NCBI GenBank assembly: GCA_031459535.1
Contig: JAVKIJ010000068.1
Location: 1-18,280, forward strand
Origin: Candidatus Fervidifonticultor quintus
GTDB lineage: Bacteria > Sysuimicrobiota > Sysuimicrobiia > Sysuimicrobiales > Humicultoraceae
Length of the DNA: 18,280 nt
Direction: 5' to 3'
The first letter of the stretch is position 1. Each line of letters begins with the position of its first letter. The position numbers and the translations under genes are program-made. The notes beneath the pieces are model-generated. The model had not been told where the DNA came from, did no database searches, and was given only the letters and a program-made list of their open reading frames with translations. This document shows, in pieces, positions 14,699 through 18,280 of the stretch.

Positions 14699-15607
14699 GT
14701 GCGATCGGTCAGCGGGGACTGCGTCTCTCGGCTGGTCCTGGCGGCGTTCATCTGCCTCCTCGCAGGGCCCGTGCCGGTGTCGGCGCAGGACAACCAGGCT
14801 TGCCTGGCCTGCCATCAGGTCGAGGGGCCTAAGGTCGCCTTCCCCGGCGGCGGCGCACTCGATACGCGTATCGACCCGGTGCAGTTTGGCCGGTCGGTGC
14901 ACGGTGCGTTCACCTGCACCACGTGCCACACCAGGCACACCGGGTACCCGCACCCGCCGCAGACGGCCACCACGGCTCGCGCCTACCAGGTGGTGGCGCA
15001 GCAGATCTGCGCGACCTGCCACGCCGACCAGACCAGGGCCTTCGAGGGGAGTGTCCACGGCCAGGGCGTACGTATGGGTCTGGGCGACGTGCCGCTGTGC
15101 ACCTCCTGCCACACCGCGCACGCGGTCACGAAGACCCAGACCGCGGCGTTTCGCAACAACATCCCCGAGGTCTGCGGGAACTGCCATGCCGACCAGCAGA
15201 TCATGCGGCGCTATGGCCTGCTGCCGGTCTACCAGACGTACCAGGCCGAGTTCCATGGCGTGACCACACGGCTGTACCGGCTCGTCACGCCCCTGGCGCC
15301 GTCCCCGGCCGCGGTGTGCTACGACTGCCACACCGCCCACAGCGTCCGGAGGGTCGCCGACCCGGCCTCGGCCGTGTCGCCGGCCAACCTGCTGGCGACG
15401 TGCCGCAGGTGCCACACCGATGCCGGCCGGTTCTTTGCCACGGGGTGGACTGAGCACAAGACACCCAGCCTCCGCGCTGCTACCCTGGTCTTCATGGTTC
15501 AGGTGTTCTACTGGGTGCTGATCCCCGTCACGGTGGGCGTGCTGGCCGTGCTGACCGCGCTGGATCTGTGGCACTTCGCGGTCAGGAAATGGGGCGGGGG
15601 GCGCTGA
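14699..15607 (+). CDS. Heptaheme cytochrome c with signal peptide and C-terminal membrane anchor (CbcA-like)
   Basis: Seven CxxCH (CLACH, CTTCH, CATCH, CTSCH, CGNCH, CYDCH, CRRCH); signal peptide ending VSA-Q; C-terminal hydrophobic helix. Start uncertain (TTG 14636 or GTG 14699). Confidence 0.9.
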   Translation: MRSVSGDCVSRLVLAAFICLLAGPVPVSAQDNQACLACHQVEGPKVAFPGGGALDTRIDPVQFGRSVHGAFTCTTCHTRHTGYPHPPQTATTARAYQVVAQQICATCHADQTRAFEGSVHGQGVRMGLGDVPLCTSCHTAHAVTKTQTAAFRNNIPEVCGNCHADQQIMRRYGLLPVYQTYQAEFHGVTTRLYRLVTPLAPSPAAVCYDCHTAHSVRRVADPASAVSPANLLATCRRCHTDAGRFFATGWTEHKTPSLRAATLVFMVQVFYWVLIPVTVGVLAVLTALDLWHFAVRKWGGGR

Positions 15608-16317
15608 TGCCCCGCCGGCATGGGCCTGTCGTGGTCCGCTTCTCGCTGGCGCAGCGCGTCGAGCACTTCATCCTGCTCATCACGTTCAATGTCCTGGCCC
15701 TGACCGGCCTGCCGCAGAAGTACGCCTCCTCGGGATGGGCGCAGCGGCTGGTAACGATGATGGGCGGCATCGAGACCACCCGCCTGGTGCACCGGACCGC
15801 CGCAGTGGTCCTGATCGCCCTGGGCCTCTGGCACCTGCTGGACGTCATCGCCACGCGCAAGCGGCCGGTGCGCCGCCACGACATGAAGATCGGCGCCAGG
15901 GACATTTTGGACCTGATCGGCGACATCAGGTACCTGGCCGGGCGGTCCCCCCAGCGGCCGCAGTTCGGCCGGTTCGACTACCGGCAGAAGTTCGAGTACT
16001 GGGCGGTGCTGTGGGGCACGGTACTGATGGGCGCCACTGGCCTCGTCATGTGGTTCCCGGAGTTCTGGACCCGATGGTTCCCGGGACTGATCGTGCCCGC
16101 CGCCCGCGTGGCCCACGGCGGTGAGGCGCTGCTGGCGCTGTTCGCCGTGATTCTGTGGCACTTCTACAACGCCCACTTCCGGCCCGATATCTTCCCCATG
16201 GATCCGGCCATGTTCAGCGGGGAGATCCCGGTGGAACGGCTTCGGGAAGAGCACTCGCTGGAGTACCAGGAGCTGGAGCAGTTGGGCCTAGTCCCTCCGG
16301 CCAGCGAGGACCCGTAG
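15607..16317 (+). CDS. Diheme b-type membrane cytochrome, FdnI/HydC family (CbcB-like)
   Basis: RFSLAQRVEH, RLVHR, RFDYRQKFEYW, VAHGGEA and ILWHFYNAH; four TM helices; TGATG coupling at 15605-15609. Confidence 0.92.
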   Translation: MPRRHGPVVVRFSLAQRVEHFILLITFNVLALTGLPQKYASSGWAQRLVTMMGGIETTRLVHRTAAVVLIALGLWHLLDVIATRKRPVRRHDMKIGARDILDLIGDIRYLAGRSPQRPQFGRFDYRQKFEYWAVLWGTVLMGATGLVMWFPEFWTRWFPGLIVPAARVAHGGEALLALFAVILWHFYNAHFRPDIFPMDPAMFSGEIPVERLREEHSLEYQELEQLGLVPPASEDP

Positions 16318-16328
16318 AGATCGGGTAA

Positions 16329-16367
16329 CGGCCGTATTGCGCCCAGGCGGGCGCAGGCCGTATTCTT
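16329..16367 (+). terminator. Possible intrinsic terminator after the CbcB-like gene
   Basis: TGCGCCC-aggc-GGGCGCA stem (16338-16355), extendable by CGGCC/GGCCG with a 4-nt bulge, followed by TATTCTT (weak U-tract). Confidence 0.4.
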
Positions 16368-16420
16368 GGTGCAAGTGTAGTCCTTTAGAACGAGTCAATC
16401 TCGGCCAGCCTGGTAGTAGC

Positions 16421-16867
16421 ATGTCACAGCGGCCTGCGAGGATCACGCGACGGACCCTGGCGGACTACCTTATCGGGGCTGGCCTGGTGGGAATGGCCAG
16501 CATGGTCCTCTACCCCCTCGCTCGCTACCTGATTCCTCCCCAGGTCAAGGAGGTCACTGCCGGTAGCGTTGTCGCCGCCCGGGTGGGCGACCTGCCCCCG
16601 AACTCGGGCAAGGTTTTCTTGTTCGGCGGCAGACCAGCCATCCTGGTGCACACGCCCCAGGGGACCTACAGGGCGTTCTCGGCGGTCTGCACCCATCTGG
16701 CATGCACAGTACAGTTCCGGGGTGACCTGGGCCATATCTGGTGCGCGTGCCACGACGGTCACTTCGATCTCAACGGCCAGGTGATCAGCGGGCCGCCTCC
16801 CCGACCTCTGCCGGAGTACGGCGTGACCGTCAGGGGCACGGACATTGTAGTGACCCGCTCGGCGTAG
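16421..16867 (+). CDS. Rieske [2Fe-2S] protein (second copy, compact, 148 aa)
   Basis: TRRTL twin-arginine-like motif plus TM helix; CTHLAC and CACHDGHF; GPPPRPL. Start re-assigned to ATG 16421. Confidence 0.94.
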   Translation: MSQRPARITRRTLADYLIGAGLVGMASMVLYPLARYLIPPQVKEVTAGSVVAARVGDLPPNSGKVFLFGGRPAILVHTPQGTYRAFSAVCTHLACTVQFRGDLGHIWCACHDGHFDLNGQVISGPPPRPLPEYGVTVRGTDIVVTRSA

Positions 16868-16872
16868 CCACG

Positions 16873-17922
16873 ATGGACTTGGCGGCCTGGCTGGAAGAGC
16901 GGCTACGGTGGCGGGCCGTCGATCAGTTCCTGCGGCACAAGAGCGTCCCTGTGATGCGCCATGGGTACGTCTACTACTTTGGCGGCATTACGTTCTTTCT
17001 GTTCCTCGTGCAGGTCCTCACCGGCCTGCTCCTGCTGATGTACTACCGCCCCACGGCTGATGCGGCCTATGAGAGCGTCCGGTTCATCATGGCCAGAGTA
17101 CAGTTCGGCTGGCTGATCCGTTCGATCCACAGTTGGGCCGCCAACCTCATGGTCTTCTGGGCCTTCGCGCACATGTTCGGGTCGTTCTTCGTGGGCGCGT
17201 ACCGGCGCCCCCGGGAGCTGACGTGGATCTCTGGCGCCCTGCTGCTGTTCCTCACCCTGGCCTTCGGCTTCACCGGCTACCTCCTGCCCTGGAATACCCT
17301 GGCATACTTCGCGACCAAGGTGGGCACCGAGATCGTCGGTGCGGTGCCGCTGGTCGGGCACGGGCTGTTGGTGCTGCTCCGCGGCGGCGAGGACGTGACC
17401 GAGGCGACGCTGAGCCGCTTCTTCGGCATCCACGTGGCCATCCTGCCGGCGCTGACCACCCTGGTGCTGGCGCTGCATCTGTGCCTGGTGCAACTGCACG
17501 GCATGAGCCGACCGGAGGGGCGCGATGACCGGGCGGTGGCGTTCGTGCCCGAGTTCGTCCTGCGCGAGGCGATGGCTTGGCTGCTAGTCACCGGGGTCCT
17601 GGCCACGCTGGCCGTGCTACGGCCGTGGCCGGTGGGCGAGAAAGCCGACCCGCTGGCGTCCGCGCCAGCGGGCATCAGGCCGGAATGGTACTTCGTCTTC
17701 ATGTTCCACACCCTGAAGCTGATCCCGGCGCGCGTCCTGGGCGTGGAGGGTGAGACGCTGGGCGTCGCGGCGTTCATGCTGGCGGCGGCCATAGTCGTGG
17801 CGGTGCCGCTGCTCGTGCGGGACAAGGGCGATGGGCGCGCCAGTCGGATCGCGCGCACGGCAGGTGTCCTGGCGGTATTGTACATGGTCGGCATGACCAT
17901 CCTGGGGTATCTGGTGAAGTAG
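16873..17922 (+). CDS. Cytochrome b (fused b6 + subunit IV), canonical with four heme His and PEWY
   Basis: IRSIHSWAANLMVFWAFAH, FTGYLLPW, FGIHVAILPALTTLVLALH (His 15 apart, b6-type), IRPEWYF; ATG 5 nt after the Rieske stop. Confidence 0.95.
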   Translation: MDLAAWLEERLRWRAVDQFLRHKSVPVMRHGYVYYFGGITFFLFLVQVLTGLLLLMYYRPTADAAYESVRFIMARVQFGWLIRSIHSWAANLMVFWAFAHMFGSFFVGAYRRPRELTWISGALLLFLTLAFGFTGYLLPWNTLAYFATKVGTEIVGAVPLVGHGLLVLLRGGEDVTEATLSRFFGIHVAILPALTTLVLALHLCLVQLHGMSRPEGRDDRAVAFVPEFVLREAMAWLLVTGVLATLAVLRPWPVGEKADPLASAPAGIRPEWYFVFMFHTLKLIPARVLGVEGETLGVAAFMLAAAIVVAVPLLVRDKGDGRASRIARTAGVLAVLYMVGMTILGYLVK

Positions 17923-17939
17923 CAGCGGCGCCGGTGCGG

Positions 17940-18280
17940 ATGCGGTACGTGATCCTGCCAGCCGCGATCGGATTGCTGAGCTTGGGGCTCGCCAGGCCAG
18001 CAGCGGCGTCCGATACCTGCATTGACTGTCACCGTAACCTTGGTGGTCGCCTGGCCGCACCGGCGCTGCGGATCGCGGACGACATCCACATCCGCCGCGG
18101 CTTCACCTGCACGGCCTGCCATGGCGGAGACGCCCGTGCCGCAGGCATGGAGGCCATGGATCCCAGGAAGGGGTTCGTGGGCAAGCCCAAACCGGTGCAG
18201 TTGCCCGCGCTCTGCGGCGCCTGCCACAGCCGACCCGAGGTCATGCGGCGCTTCAATCCCAGGATCCCGACCGATGAGGT
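17940..18280 (+). CDS. Multiheme cytochrome c, N-terminal part (runs off the window; not in ORF track)
   Basis: Manual translation MRYVILPAAIGLLSLGLARPAAA-SDTCIDCH...DDIH...CTACHGG...LCGACHS: signal peptide plus three CxxCH, no stop before the window end. Confidence 0.9.
   Translation, partial: MRYVILPAAIGLLSLGLARPAAASDTCIDCHRNLGGRLAAPALRIADDIHIRRGFTCTACHGGDARAAGMEAMDPRKGFVGKPKPVQLPALCGACHSRPEVMRRFNPRIPTDE

Noticed and set aside
16385-16398. FNR-like site (TTGAC-N4-TCTAA on the minus strand)
   Set aside because: The second half-site matches TTGAT-N4-ATCAA too poorly.
218-18256. Many long alternative-frame and antisense ORFs (e.g. 1643..2779-, 2925..4256+, 10747..12492-, 14693..15574-)
   Set aside because: They overlap motif-supported genes, are Arg/Pro/Gly-rich and motif-free, as expected from stop-codon scarcity in GC-rich DNA.
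1-18280. tRNA/rRNA genes, CRISPR arrays, IS elements, integrases
   Set aside because: The window is almost fully coding, intergenic gaps are about 200 bp or less, and no such repeats or motifs were seen.

Overview
GC-rich bacterial respiratory and redox-sensing island, almost all on the + strand. (1) 9-5994 is a tightly packed, partly translationally coupled operon: diheme cytochrome c lipoprotein, Tat-exported Rieske protein, a cytochrome b that keeps only the heme bL histidines, two small membrane proteins, a second cytochrome b with all four heme histidines but no PEWY/Qo motif and a C-terminal 2x[4Fe-4S] ferredoxin, an MvhD/FlpD-like [2Fe-2S] protein, a 35-aa single-helix ORF missing from the ORF track, and a long-chain polyprenyl diphosphate synthase. 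(2) 5996-9540 holds a HisKA_3 kinase with a Cys-motif (AirS/YhcY-like) GAF domain, a NarL-family regulator and an extended class II aldolase-fold protein. (3) A minus-strand NapC/NrfH-like decaheme cytochrome lies head-to-head with a second HisKA_3 kinase that has a CxxCH in a predicted outside loop, followed by its NarL-family regulator. (4) 13997-18280 holds a degenerate receiver protein, a small membrane protein, a CbcBA-like heptaheme c / diheme b pair and a second, canonical Rieske/cytochrome b pair with a multiheme cytochrome that runs off the window. The best novelty candidate is an asymmetric Rieske/cytochrome b complex whose two cytochrome b paralogs have complementary losses and may wire quinol oxidation to cytoplasmic Fe-S centres. 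No RNA genes, mobile elements, CRISPR arrays or terminal reductase were seen. Family assignments come from motif recognition only; no searches were run.
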